64,000 bases of DNA, from positions 12,357,388-12,421,387 of the forward strand of contig MU057347.1 in assembly GCA_013239625.1 (NCBI GenBank). The letters run 5' to 3'. Under the pieces are notes generated by a model, which searched no databases, was not told the origin of the DNA, and was given only the letters and a program-made list of their open reading frames with translations. The stretch's first letter is position 1. Every line of letters starts with the position of its first letter. This stretch comes from Lama guanicoe. Taxonomy: Eukaryota. Both the position numbers and the translations under genes were made by a program. Shown piece after piece: positions 24,330 through 37,401 of the stretch.

Positions 24330-24765
24330 TGTCTACCAAGTAGGTTACAGTCTCAGCGAGCATGACAGGGACCCCGAATCACAGCGCCCTCAATAAGACA
24401 GGTTCTTTTTTTTTGCATAAAATCCAAGCCTGTAAGGTAATTCTTTGTAGTTTTCAGGGTCTCAGGCTCCGTCCAGCTTACTGTTCTGTCACCCTTAGGG
24501 TGTGGCTTCTCCCACAAGGTCCGTCACATCCAAGGGGGGGAGAGGGGACAGATGGGCACAAACCTTCTTTTTCCTTTAAGGGTGGGACCCAGCAGCTGAG
24601 CACACACATCCATTCCCCGCTGTCCACAGCCCTGTCACATGACCACCTCTGACTGCAAGGGAGGCTGGAAAGTGCAGTCCTCACTCTGGCTGGCCATGTG
24701 CCCAGAGAAAAGGCTACTACTGGAAGGGGACAGCGAACATTGGGAAACAGCCAACTCTGCCCACC
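24330..24765 (-). mobile_element. MaLR LTR (MLT1-type)
   Basis: TCACATGACCACCTCTGACTGCAAGGGAGGCTGGAAAGTGCAGTC core. Confidence 0.7.
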
Positions 24766-24789
24766 CTGGCTCACACTTTGCCCCAGCCT

Positions 24790-24888
24790 AGGGTGACCAA
24801 CTGTCCTGGTTTGCTTAAGACTGAAGCATTTCTTTGGACATGGGACTTGCAGGGTTATGGGCAAACCTGGAGAGGTTTGTCCACACTG
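24790..24888 (+). mobile_element. hAT-Blackjack MITE (MER94/MER81-like)
   Basis: Terminal AGGGTGACCAACTGTCCTGGTTTG. Confidence 0.7.
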
Positions 24889-25569
24889 GTTTCATTTCTC
24901 CAAAGGAGCCAAGCATGTTCCTGCCTCACGGCCTTTGCATGCGCCTTTACTGCTGCCTGGAACACACTTGCCACAACTCCTTCCATTCAGAAAGGATTAC
25001 TGGGTGCCCACCTCAGGCATGATCTGCTGTTCTAAACACTACATGCCAGGAGCAGAGTGAAAATTCCAACAATGCTCTTAACGGGAATAATTCTTCCTAC
25101 TCATCCCTGATCACTTCAGTTTCCAAATCTTTGTGGATTAGTAATTTTTATTATCTGCAGCTCTGAAAGGAACACCTCTTTCCCTAAGGCTCTGGCTGGG
25201 CTCTCTCACAGTCTAATAAATCTTATATGAGTAAGGACCCGAAAGAAGAACATGTATTAAATTCTAAGATCATGATCTAGGAAATAAGAATTTTGAAGAG
25301 ATGTGTAAGCCTAGTGAAAGGAAATGTAGGGTGAAAACTTTCCATTAAATGAAACCACATCTCTTGGGTGAGTTCACAGGTACAAACTTTCCAGAGGGCA
25401 GTTGGGCACCAAGTGGCAACTGCAAATAAAGGTACGTAACTTTAGGCCCCAAAGATAGATGCAAAGATGGATCTCTAAGAATTTTCATAAGAGGAGAGAA
25501 ATATAAAAAAGCCTAAATGTCTGTTGGTGGGGGAGCAGAGACTTATCCTCTGCCCTGACACCAGTATGC

Positions 25570-25670
25570 ACTTCAGATGAGGAAACGAAGGCACAGAGAG
25601 CTTAAGCAACCTACTCGAGGTCACACAGCAGGAAGTGGCAGAGCTGGATTTGAACCCGGGAGGTGACTCC
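25570..25670 (-). mobile_element. MIR
   Basis: CAGATGAGGAAAC..GGCACAGAGAG..GGTCACACAGC..GGATTTGAACCC. Confidence 0.85.
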
Positions 25671-26499
25671 ATCCCATTGTCCCCACTCTGAAGCCACGTC
25701 CCTGCGTTCCCCTCCTCACAGCACCCCTCGGGTCAGATGTTACCATCATCCTTCAGCTCTTGTTTCTTGTCTGTCTGTCCCCCTGGAGCTTCGTCACCCC
25801 CAGGACAGGAGCCCGTTCCCTGATGGTCCCCAGTGTGAGCCTAGTGCCGGTGCAAGGATGGGGCACCCAGGTCCCCTGTCTTGAGGGTGCAGGAGCCTGG
25901 GGTAGGGGGATGTCTGCAGCTCAGGGGTGAGGTCCCCAGAATAGCTAGGAGCGGTGGGCTCCTTTTTGTGAGCATCCCCGATTCTCCTGGGCCCCCCCGC
26001 TACATGATGCCGCCTGCCTGGATCCCCGCTGCGTCGTCCATGAGGGTCCCAGCTGCCAGGCTGGGCTCTGAGGGAGCTCCAGAGGCCAGAGGTGCTGGGA
26101 GATGAATGCCCCGGGGCCCAGGTCTGATGGAGCTGGGGCCACACCCAGCTCTCTTGGCCCTTGGATCGGATGACCCTGTAGTGCCTGCTTGTGCTGTGGG
26201 CTCCCTGGTGGAGGTGACTTGCTGGAGGTGGGCATGTGTCCCTTTCCAGGAACCTCAGGTTCATCTTCCGACCGCTGCTCGGGACTGGGCTCCATGGGCG
26301 TGCAGACAACCCCTAGGCTGGTTCCCAGAGAAACAGGCAGAAGGCTCACTGCCACCATCCCTCCCAGTCTCCCTGCCCCGCACCCCGACTGGCAATGTTT
26401 GTGATCACCTCCTAAACAGATTCCTTGGACTTGAAACCTTGCCTCAGGGTCGGATTCTGGGGAAACCTAAACTGAGACACAGGTGGAGGGCTTGGCTTG

Positions 26500-26676
26500 N
26501 NNNNNNNNNNNNNNNNNNNNNNNNNNNNNNNNNNNNNNNNNNNNNNNNNNNNNNNNNNNNNNNNNNNNNNNNNNNNNNNNNNNNNNNNNNNNNNNNNNNN
26601 NNNNNNNNNNNNNNNNNNNNNNNNNNNNNNNNNNNNNNNNNNNNNNNNNNNNNNNNNNNNNNNNNNNNNNNNNNNN
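26500..26676. other. Assembly gap
   Basis: Run of N. Confidence 1.
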
Positions 26677-27166
26677 CGGTGGGTGCACGTGAGAGAGAGG
26701 GAGCGAGCCGGGTGTTCCCGGGGCTGGAGGAGCAGCTTCCTCAGCGCTGAGTCAGTAGCCGCCCAGCCAGTGACCGCCGGGGGTTTTTGGCCCCTGTTAG
26801 GACATGAAAGGTGTTCAGCAGATCTTTGGGGCCATTTAGTTTTCATCGCATACATGTGGGGCCTGGACACACGTGCGTGCAGACTCACAGACACACACGC
26901 TCATAGATACCTGCCCTCTCTCAGCCCCACACACTCAGGCTCAGCAAGTCAGGCATCGTTAAAATGCCAGGCCAGGCCTCTGCCTCCTCGCGGAGCCGGC
27001 GTGACCTTGCTGATCAGAGGAGGCCCCGAGTCCGCAGGGTGAGCCCGGGCATCAGTCCACCGCTCTCCATGGCAACCCAGCAGATACCTGTTTGCAAATT
27101 TAAAAGCTCCAGGACTTACAGGATCTTCACGTTAATTCATGCAGATCAGCTGTTCGCTATTCAGGA

Positions 27167-27311
27167 NNNNNNNNNNNNNNNNNNNNNNNNNNNNNNNNNN
27201 NNNNNNNNNNNNNNNNNNNNNNNNNNNNNNNNNNNNNNNNNNNNNNNNNNNNNNNNNNNNNNNNNNNNNNNNNNNNNNNNNNNNNNNNNNNNNNNNNNNN
27301 NNNNNNNNNNN
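27167..27311. other. Assembly gap
   Basis: Run of N. Confidence 1.
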
Positions 27312-28999
27312 CAGTTAAGATGAGGGGCTGGGGGCAAAATAGCATTAAAAATATGACCAGTAGTAACTGGATTAAGCTGTTGATTGTTTTCAAGGCACTT
27401 AACATGCTGTATTAATCCCAAAGATGTATTGCATCTGGTGAATTCTGAAGTGTGTCATGGATGAAATGTGTAAGAAGAAAGAAGACACGTGCAAATCTGA
27501 TTCCATCTCTGATGCAGTCCTGAAAGTGCCGGTAGAAAGAGGGATTAACATCCAGGTGCGGGATGTGGGGGAAAATCCCAACACGTCCCTCACAGGGTCT
27601 GCAGTGCCGGCGGGGCCAGGACCCCGGGTAGCCCAGGACTCCACGTGGCAGGACTCCGGGCTCTTTGTCCCTTGTCCTCTGGGTGTGGGACATGGTGGGA
27701 AGCGAGGCTTTGGAGAAAGAGGTAGAGATGAAGAAAGCTGGGGAGAAATGGCCAAATCTGGTTCCTCCACCTACAACAGGCTCTTAAATCTCAACATCCA
27801 CACGGGCCTGGCAAGTAACAAAAGGAGTGAACCAGCCACCAGGCAGCATTTCCTGAGGGATGACCACCTGCAGACACTAAGCAGGTTCTGGCTAATGGCT
27901 TAGCCAATCCCCCCACCCGGTGGGAAACACTCAGGGAGGGAGAGGAGGTTGCCCAGGACACATGGCCAGCAAGTGGCCTATGGACAACACAGCACAGGAG
28001 TTTAAGTGGCAGGTCCTGGGCCTTTGTGTTGGGAGACGATGGGGAGGGGTGGAGACTGTGGCAAACCACAGAGCACAAGCCGTCCAGAGGGGCAGCTGGA
28101 CGTTGCTGCATCTTTTGCTACCAGGAGAGGATTCGGGCCCAGGGTGGCCCCGTCTCCTGAGACCTTAAGTAAAATCTCAAGTCTTTCTCGTGTTGACATT
28201 AGATTCACATTTTTCAACGAACACCGGGAGGGACACACTAGCCACATCTGCTGGCTGGTTTCAGTCCACAGTGTGACCTCTGACCCCTGGGGAGAAACGA
28301 TCATTCTGGAATGTTGTGAGCATCCCCCAAGAGCCTAGACCCCCTCAGCAGTTCAGTCATATTTGAGGTGACTGCTCACCCACCTAATGCTGTTCAGAGG
28401 GGGCGCCTGCTCCATCCACCTGAGGGCCCAGGGAGGGCTCTCGGCAGCGGGGGAGGACTCAGGGTCACAGGCATGGGACGGGACACGCCGCTGTCCTGAC
28501 GTAGCTTGCAGTCCTGGAGTGGACCGTGACCTCTGTTTTCCCGGGGTTGCCGGCTGCCAGAAGGTTGGGCAGTGTTGGGCCTGCATTTCCATGGGGTCTC
28601 CCTCCACTGGAGTCAAGGCTCACCCTGTGGGCCAAGGCCCCTCCCCCAGCCCCTGCAGGGGCCCCCTGACCCCCAGCCTGTGGGCATTTGCATCTGCAGC
28701 CCCACCCCCACGTAGCCTCCCCTCAGCCGGGCCAGGGCAGGGTCAGGTTCAGGACACTGTCCTCCTGTCCCCACGTGGGCAGAGCGACCCCTCCAGAGGC
28801 CGAGTGGCGGCCCCACAATAACCATCTTTGTCACAATGGCCGTCTCTCCTTAAAAGGTCACTTTAACAATGCCAGGTGGCAGGCACCAGAGTTTGGCATC
28901 TGACGCGTTCCCGTAAGCTCCCTGGGACCAAAGCAATCCTCTTTGTCAGCTCTGATGGGGAACAACTGGCCGCTGTCCTTTAATTAGGAGGGGACATGC

Positions 29000-29470
29000 T
29001 CAGCTATGGCCTCCCACGGGGCCGCACAAACGTCCGTGAGCGCGGCGGTGCCCTCCGTCGCTCCCCGCAGACCGCCAGGGCCCGCCGAGGCCCCGGAGGA
29101 GCCCCCAGCCCCAGTCTGGCTCCTGAGTGGAGGACAGTCGCCAAGAGAAAACGCCAGTGAGCCTGGATTCCTGGCAGGCGCTCAACTGGGCAAATTGTTT
29201 CTTGCAAATTACTTCTTAAGGCTGAAATCCGGGCAGGACTCCGCAAGTTCAGGGGCAGCTATTATCTGCTGGTTCCAGGCGCCCGGGCACATCCGAGGCA
29301 GCGTGCTCGTCTGCGGCGGGGAGATGTTTCGGAAACTGTGGCCCCCGGATCGGCCGGGCCCCTTCTCTGCGGCTTCTCCTCCCTGACGGGAGATGGTTCG
29401 GGCACCAAGCCCTCCTCCTCCTGCATCTCCAGGAGCCCCGGCGTCAGGCATGATGGGCGTGGTTCAAGCA
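29000..29470. promoter_or_regulatory. CpG-rich island
   Basis: Dense CpG around a short AT-rich core at about 29190-29225. Confidence 0.55.
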
Positions 29471-30574
29471 CCATTTCCTACTGTCGGAAGGGGCCACAGG
29501 CAGTGTCCCAGGTCCTCCCCATCCCAAGTGGTGCCCGTCTGAGGCTGCACGTGGGCACCAAGTGGGGTCAGGTGTGCAGGACACACTCAGGGAGGTCAGA
29601 TAACAGGGGGCAGGTCATGGGCACCGGGGGCCAGAAGGGTGGGTGGAGATGTTGGAGCTTATCCAAGTCCCAAAAGACAGAGCGAGGGAGCAGAGGGAGT
29701 CCCTGTGTCAGAGGCTCAGACGTGGGGTCCCAGGGCGGCCACACCTGCAGATGGCAGAGACCAGCAAGCCCGAGGTGGCCACACGGAGGCGGCCCAGGTG
29801 TGTTCTGTTTCCGCAGACCCACCGTCCATGGAGACCTCCTGGGAGGGGACCCACCACCCAGGAACCTGCTGGTCTCTGTCACTTTGTCTCCCTTTGGTCA
29901 CTGCAAAGATGGATGCTCACAGCTCCACCTGGGCCTGTCGGCGTTGCCTGCTCAGCCCTCTCCACCCGCTCCCCGCCCCTGTGCTTGTTCTCTCTCTGCT
30001 TCTGGCTCTTGGCGTCTGTCCAGCCCAGGCTTGTCCCAGGGCTGGTGTCCGCCTCCCGCAGAAAGCGCACCCTGCAACCTGGCACTGCCTAGGGTCTGGG
30101 CAGAGCAGGGGCGGTGGCGGAGGCACTGAATTTTCTTCTCCCCTCTCCTCCTCTCCCAGTGTCCCCACGATCCCCTGTCTCAGAGCTTCTGCCCTGATCC
30201 TGCTTAGTCTCCCTGTGTTTCACTGTCAGAGCCCCGGGGACATCCCACTTCTGTACATGTATAATCAGCAGTTTCACGGCCCCCTAGGGGTGGGTGGGGA
30301 GTTTGGCAGGTTAAATTGGGAGAACAAGGGAGGGGCAAGCAGCAGGGGTAATGAATTCTTGAAGAATTGCCAGGCTGCCGTTAAATTCCTGGTCTACATA
30401 AAATTGTAGGCACAGGCTCTAGGAAAATAGACATTCTGGGTCCAACTGTGCTTGTCTTTCAAGTACACCCTTTGCATATCAAGTTGGACATCCTGGTCTA
30501 TTCACATTGCTTTTTTGGAATTCCATGCAACATGCTAGACTTTTCCACCCAAACAGTAATGATGGACAACACAC

Positions 30575-30780
30575 ACTTCAGGTCGAGCACTGTGCTAAGT
30601 GCAGGAACCCATCTCATCCTCACAGCAGCCCCGGGAGGTCGATGCTCTTATTATCTCTGGACAAAGAATCAGGCACAGAGAGGTTAATTAATTGGCTCTA
30701 GCTCTCACCCAGCTACTAAGTGGCCGAGCTGGGATCTGAACCCAGGCAGCCTGACACCAGAGTCTATGCTGTCCATCACT
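30575..30780 (-). mobile_element. MIR
   Basis: ATCCTCACAGCAGCCC..GGCACAGAGAGGTTAA..GGGATCTGAACCCAGGCAG. Confidence 0.85.
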
Positions 30781-31040
30781 CGGTGCAGGGGCTCTTCACG
30801 ACCCCTAGGCTGCAGTTGCAGGGACTTTTGTGCAGGGGCAGGGAGATGCCATTTCTCCGTGGGTCCTGCAGGGCCCTCTGGGAAGGGTGGATTGGCCATG
30901 CCTCAGACGGCACTTCACTGTTGTCTCTGCCGACAGCCCGGTCCTTGACTCCTCCCCATGATCTGCAACTTCTTCTTCTGGACTCAAATGTCCCCTCCTC
31001 ATTCTCTGAGTCTCCATCCAAGTCGACCCACCCCTGCCAC

Positions 31041-31310
31041 TGTTTCTAAACCAGACTTGGGTCCACTCACCCATGCGCACTAAAGCCAGTCTACAGACAC
31101 CGGGTTGTGGTGAATGAAAGTGCAGTGTTATGGCCGGGCAACAGACAAAGCGCCCCAACTCCCTGATGGGTTTCAAGAAAGCATTTTTAAAGGCCAGGTG
31201 AGGGAAGAGAGTCCAAGGTATGTGATCAGCTCATCCGCAATTCTGATTGGCTGATGGTTAGGTAACAGGGCGGGGTCACAGGGGGTAACATTATCAGTCC
31301 TTAGGCACCC
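31041..31310 (-). mobile_element. Truncated ERV1-type LTR
   Basis: TG start, AAAGCCAGTCTACAGACACCGGGTTGTGGTGAA, TTCTGATTGGCTGATGG; layout like the LTR at 33278. Confidence 0.65.
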
Positions 31311-31521
31311 TGCACGAGGGGGAAGGGAACATACACGGGGTGGGGGTGGGGGTCATGGCTCAGCACCCCCAGGCAGGACGGTGTTTAATCTACCCCATTT
31401 CACACGGCTTTTCCCTTCTGGAAGAAATCCTGACTTTTTACTTCTTTATTTATTTGGCTCTTTTAGTCTGAGGAGTGATGCTGGGCCCTGGGCTGCGGTG
31501 GAATAAAAACCTGGAAGATTT

Positions 31522-31576
31522 GTGGGAGGTGAGCTCCCGGTCCTTCTATTCCACCATCTCTGTCCAGCTTCTCCCC
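31522..31576 (-). mobile_element. 55-nt L1 5'-terminal fragment with TSD and no poly(A)
   Basis: Minus strand GGGGAGAAGCTGGACAGAGATGGTGGAATAGAAGGACCGGGAGCTCACCTCCCAC; flanks AAACCTGGAAGATTT (31507-31521) and AAACCTGGAAGGTTT (31577-31591). Confidence 0.75.
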
Positions 31577-32779
31577 AAACCTGGAAGGTTTGCTTTCCTG
31601 TCATGTCCTGAAGTCCTTAAGAGCTGACTGTCAAGGGGATTAAAGGAAAGCGTTGCAGTCACAGCAGGAAGCTTTTCTCCCCGGAGGGACTGTGGGGAGC
31701 TTGTGCCCATGAAGACTTGTCTTTATTCTTCCTCGGACCCCGGCACCGAGCACTGTTCCTGCAGGAGTGCTCTGTCAGTGCCCACTGCTGGGACGGCTCG
31801 ATGCCCGGTCGGTCCCTTTCTCTATTCTCACGTTTTGTCCTAACTGCCTGTTTCTGCAGGGTTGAGTGTTAAGAAAGTAAGTATCGTCCATGTTCTTCGG
31901 AGATACAGCCGGTCAGTAATGGAGTAAGTGCAGGCGCCTGAGCTCAGAACTAACTGGTTTGGTGCTTGGCAAGAGCCTCCCCGAGGCAAAGGTGGAGCCG
32001 CCCCACCCCCACCATTCCCCTTCCCCGAGGTTCTAAGGTGTTTTAAGAGTTAATTTGCATGCCAACCCAACCCAGCGACTGGAGATGAGTAGGGTGTTTT
32101 CAGTCCTTTTAGTGCTTGAGGTAAAGATAAATGTCTTTCAACGCCTGGGACGATCCCTTACAATGAATCACCCTGTACTAAGTGCCAATAATGTTCCCTA
32201 TTGAAACACTCTGAGCAAGACCGACTGAGATTAGAAATAAAGAGGAGATGGAGCATCTGTCTTGTCCTCTGCAAGCTTTTCTTCTTTCCCAATTATCAGT
32301 CCGTAAGCTTTACACCTGAGGAGGCTGGTCCTCCTGGGATAACTGGGGAGGAGGTGGGGGGTGGGGCACACGCTGGAGAAGAGCCGGGCCCTGGGCAGCC
32401 AGGTCCGGCTGTAGGAGCAGCAAGTCCTGACCGAGTCAAGCTCCCAGGGCCTCCGTGGATGGAATGCGCTGGGGGCTCCAAGTACCGTGGAGAGGCGGAG
32501 CCACGCTCCTTTTGGGTAAATCTGCTGCCATCACACCCCAGCGTGTCCTCCTAGTCACTGCCCAACTACAAGGAGTACCTCCCGCCTCCCTGCGCACACA
32601 CGCTGGGGCTCGGGGCTTCCTGCGAGCATTTTCCTAGGAATCGGGGAATGAAAAACTGATTCTGCTGCCCTTTCAAGAGCGGGTCCACCTATTCCTCCCC
32701 AGGTGTCTTCACTCACTCAAGCATCTCACACCCAGAGGCTCAGGCCTGCTTCCTTAGCCCCCCTCCATCCCCGCTTTCC

Positions 32780-33990
32780 CCACACCCAGTCCAGTTAGCT
32801 CGGCTTTCTCTATGGATCTGCCTCCAGAAGGTACCCGGCATGGGTCCACTTTGCTCCATCCCCCTTGCTTCTTGGCCGCATCACTGGTTCCTCCCCTTCT
32901 ACTCTGGCCGCACTCAGCAGCCAGAGGGATCTTGGAAGAGAGAAAAATCACATCCTGGTTCTCCACTGCTCAAGTCCCTTCCATGGCTTCCCTCGCATAT
33001 ATGCTGAAGTTCTTTACCCTGGTCTCTCCCTGCCTCTGTAAGCTTTCTCCTCTGGGGACACTCAGGCCCCTTCCCCACTCGGGGCTTTTGCATTTGCTCC
33101 CAGCTCCCCTTGAGATGCCCCTTCCCTGGTTTTTGGCACATCCAGCTCCTATTCATCTTTCAGGTCTCAGCTGAAAAGACGTCTCCTCCATGAGACCTTC
33201 TAAGACCACCTCCTCTGCAGAGGCTTCCGTCCCCTCCTTACTGTGCATCACACCACCCTATTTTATCTTCTTCAGAGTGTTATCAAACCAGGTTCATTTG
33301 CCCGGCACAGAGCAAGCCAAAATGCTGAGACGCCAAGGTTTGTGGGAAAGAAAAGGTTTAGCTACAAAGCAGCCAAGCATGGAAATAAGAGAACAAACTT
33401 GGCTTTTCCCCCAGGGAAGGCCAGGGTCTCAGGGTATTTATGGGATAAAGAAGCTGGGCGGTCTGACTGTGGGGGGGTGGTGTGTGGGGCACGGGGAAAG
33501 GTGATTGGAGAAAGGCATGGTCATCATTCTTCTGTGTAGGAGGAGCTACAGCCTCTATGCGGGACACGTGTTACAACGGAGGCGCTGAGCACGATCTGAG
33601 GGTGGAGTTTTCGGCCCTCTGACATCAAAAGTTCACCTGGGCACCCTGGCACATGCCCATTTGGAAGGTAGGTGGTCCTATCCAGTCTTAGCCAGCTCAG
33701 CTCCAACTAGATGCAGCTGACCGCAAGTTCCTGGAAAACACCCCAGGCAAGCATCTGATTGTTTAGGCCACGTGAATCTGGGAGCACAGGCAGGTTTTTT
33801 GTAGCAACAATTAAACCAACTTTGATTAGTGAAGGCAGGTAACAGATGTAATGGATTGAACTCAAGAATACCCACGGTTTCAGTGGTACCGATGACTACC
33901 TATAGTTGTCATCTGTCACCCCAATAAACCATCAGCTCCATGAAGATAGGGACCATGCCTGCCTCATTCACAACTGCAGCCTGAACTTGG
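32780..33990 (+). mobile_element. L2 split by a solo LTR
   Basis: CAGCAGCCAGAGGGATCTT..CTTCAGGTCTCAGCT; resumes after 33882 with AGCTCCATGAAGATAGGGACC. Confidence 0.7.
33278..33882 (-). mobile_element. Solo ERV1-type LTR (about 605 bp)
   Basis: TG(TTATC)...(GGTTT)CA termini; interrupts an L2; no clear TSD. Confidence 0.75.
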
Positions 33991-34419
33991 CTCGGCCACG
34001 ATGTGGTGAATGGGTCGCGATAATAATCACAAGTCTACCCAGGGAGCACCCTACAGGCCACTGCCGTGGGAAGCCTTCCAGGTACCCAACTCATTAAATT
34101 CCACTGGGGCTCCAGGAGGGAGGCTGCTGTCATGGTCACCAGTTTAGACAATGAAATGGAGTCACTGAGAACTCAAGCGACTTCCCCGAGGTCACCCTGC
34201 TGGTCTGTGGCAGGCTGGGACCTGAACCCCGTGCAGACTGAACTTAGACTCTTGGTGCTTCAGCTTTGTACCATGGGGACGGGCTGAACACTGTCAATCA
34301 GAGCTGTGATTCTATAAGGAACACGTTCAAATAGTGGAGAGGGACAAATCTTAAAGACATGTGTGTCAGCTGGTAAGACACACAGGGGGGAAATGAGGGA
34401 CTTCAGGTACGTGGGAGCG

Positions 34420-34897
34420 TGCGTTAATTTCTAGGGCTGCTGTAACAAATTACCGCACACGTGGGGGAATTAAACAATGCAGATTTATACTCTGACCCTT
34501 CTGGATGCCGGAAGTCTGCCATCAGTCTTACTGGACTAAAGTCATGGTGTCAGCGGGGCGGGGTCCTTCTGGAGGCTCTAGGGGAGAATCCACTTCCCTG
34601 CCTTTCCTGCTTCTCGTCTTCCTTGCCTGCCTGCATTCCTTGGCCGGTGGCCCTTCCTCTTTCTTCAAATCACATCACTCCAATCCCTGCTTTTGCCATT
34701 AAATTTTCTCCGACTCTGAGCCTCTTGCTCCTCTCTTGTGAGGACCTTATAAGGACCCAGATAATCAGAGTGCTCTTCCCACCTCAAGATTCTTCATTTA
34801 ATCACATCTGCAAAGTCCCTTCTGCCATGTCGGGTAGAAATTCACAGGGGACATGGACATATAGGGTTGAGGGTGTAGCATTATTCAGCTGACTGCA
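34420..34897 (-). mobile_element. MaLR LTR (MLT1C/D-like)
   Basis: CTAGGGCTGCTGTAACAAATTACC...CTGGAGGCTCTAGGGGAGAATCC...TTAATCACATCTGCAAAGTCCCT. Confidence 0.88.
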
Positions 34898-34899
34898 GA

Positions 34900-35370
34900 G
34901 GGAGGTTGGTGATTTTAGATGGGTCTTGAGGGAAGGCCTCAGTGAGAAGCAACTGTTAGAGCAAAGACTTGAAAGAGCTGAGGGGGTGGCCCTGGTGACC
35001 TCAGACCAGAGTCCCCTAGACAGAGAACAGCCAGCAGGAAGCCTGCGGCAGGCGTGTGCCTAGCACCTTCCTGCAAATTCGGGGAGGCCAGTGCAGCTGG
35101 GCTGAGTGAGGAGGGGCAGAGCAGAGGGCTGTGAGGTCAGAAAGGCCATGGGGGCAGGCCCTCGTGGCTGTTGTAAAGACTTGATAGGTGGGAGCCATGG
35201 AGGGTTCTGGGCAGAGGAGGGACAGGATCTGACTCAAGTTTTCACAAGCTTCCTCTGGCTGCTGTGTGGAAGACAGTGGAAGAGAGAAAGAAGGGAGGCC
35301 TGCCTGTTGGGACACTTTTGCAATAGCCCAGCTGAGAGAGCTGGGTGGCCTGGACCAGAGGCTGTGATAT
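34900..35370 (-). mobile_element. L2
   Basis: GGGAAGGCCTCAGTGAGAAG and GGGAGCCATGGAGGGTTCTG..GATCTGACT motifs. Confidence 0.75.
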
Positions 35371-35754
35371 GTTCCCCCCACCCCTCCTCGGCCCGGCTTC
35401 TCCTTCGAGATCAGACAAGCATTCCTTGCAGCTAGAGAATCCGCTGCTGAGACTCACAGTTGAGTCCCTCCCCAGGAAATGCCCTTGGCCAAACAATTTG
35501 TTTTAAAAATGTATTTCAAAATTCCTGGGCCCATGTGAGGTATAGTGATTTGTCCTTAAAGTTACAGGGTAATGGGTAAAGAAGAGATGTTTATGTATTT
35601 TTCTGTCCAACCGGAGCATGTGAAGGTTCTTCACAGAGTCTGGGCACCAGCTCTTCCCGCTCAGGTCCACACTGTCTAAGAAAGATGGAACCAAGCGAAT
35701 ACAAAGCAACACATCCCCGCGTGAACGCTACCAACAGAACTGTCTACTTACGAT

Positions 35755-36225
35755 ATGTTCACTCATTTAACAAATATGGAGGGAGCATCTTTATCCACAA
35801 GCTGCTGTGCTGGTTATTCAGATACAGCAGTGACCAAGATAGACGCGAGCCACCTGTTCTCATGAAGTTCCCGTCAATGAGGACAGACATTATGCAGGTA
35901 AACAGATAAATACACAGATAATTTTCAGAATGTGAAAAATGCAGGAATGGAAACAGATTGGGGATAGGATAAGGAGTATCTTGGGGTGTGGCTACTGCTT
36001 TATTTTAGGGGGCCTGGAAGGGCCTCTCTGAGGAGGTGACATGTGGGCTGAGCAGTCTTGAGAAGGGGCTGCCATGAGAGATCTGAGGGAACAGTGTGCC
36101 AGGCAGAGGGAACAGCAAGTGTAAAGGTCCAGAGGAGGGAACAGGCTGGGAGAACTGAGGGACCAGAAATGAGGCCAGTGTGTGTGAGGCATCAGAAGTA
36201 GGGAGAGTGGTAGGAGATGGGGATC
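35755..36225 (-). mobile_element. L2 3' end
   Basis: TTCACTCATTTAACAAATA tail; CCAGGCAGAGGGAACAGCAAGTGTAAAGG. Confidence 0.8.
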
Positions 36226-37401
36226 CAGAAATACTTTACAAAAGAGAAAGAGAAGGTTATAGAGTTGTCATTATTACTGCAATGACAGTGAGTTTTCTTT
36301 TTTCTTTTTCTTAAGTCTTCCCAATATTCCAGCTCATAAAGAGCCCTCACTTTCTCCCTTAAATCTCCATCAGCTTCAGCAAGTTGGCTCTAAAGGCTAT
36401 GACTCCTCTGTTTATCAGCGGATATTGTGGGTACATTAAAATATATTAACCAGGCCCCTAAGCAGATTGAAGAATCACAGAGTTTTGAATCAAATGGGGC
36501 GGCTGACATATCCTCATTACCTCAAGACATGCATTCTTCCTCATTGTTAAGGAATCCAGGCATCATACTTTAATCTTCCAAAGCAGGTAAATAAAACCTG
36601 ATCTCTCTATGGAAACAGGACCCCGAGGGAAATGCGTGTTTTCTGGTTCCAGCGCTTTGGGTAATATTTCCACATTCCCTTCTGTTTGAATAATGTGTTA
36701 CACGTTGCAAAAAATATTTTCTCCTGTACCGGTTCATGGAAATGTGTGGAAGGTATTCACATGGCACACATATTTATAATCATTTTCCTGATCAAATTAA
36801 AGAAAAAAAGGAAAAAAGATGCCTAAAAATCCTCAGTTGTCCGTACTTTCTGGGAAGTATGAAGAATTCGTATTTGCATTCTTTCCTTGTCTCATACTTC
36901 ATCTTTTTCTTTCTCCATAGTGTGTGTTTAACCCTATAAGCTGGTTCTCCTCCTACCCCTTTCACACACAAACAGGTAGTGCTGGGTGTCTGTCACTTTT
37001 GTCCTTCTGGTAGCACCCTGCTGATTTTATTTTGGGCAAACAGTACCCCCCCCACCTCCCATCCATGTGGGAGAATTGACTCCTCTAGCCTCTAGCTCCA
37101 GATTTGGCCTCACGACCTAGGCCTTGACATTCAGTTCCCTCTCCAGCCCTGCTCCCTAGGTCTAAGTGACTCCTGGATGGCAAATGAAACTCAATGTGGG
37201 ACTTGATTTACTGGAGAGAACACCTCGCTTTTCGCAGGATTGGTTTCCGTGGGAATATGAACCAGGCCACAGAGCAGAGAGATCCTGCATGTGTGTGAGG
37301 TCAATGTCCAGGAAACCAGCCCCAGACTGGAGAGAAATGGAGCCTTGTAGACATGCTTTGAGCTCCTTGACTCAGCCATGCCTGAAGCCTTTGCCCCTCA
37401 A

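Noticed and set aside
27312-27560. Possible processed-pseudogene or transposase fragment next to a gap
   Set aside because: Stops in all plus-strand frames and no protein I can recognise; needs blastx
29338-30409. Long overlapping ORFs (263 aa and 256 aa)
   Set aside because: GC-rich, Pro/Gly/Ser/Arg-biased, open in several frames and both strands, no recognisable domain
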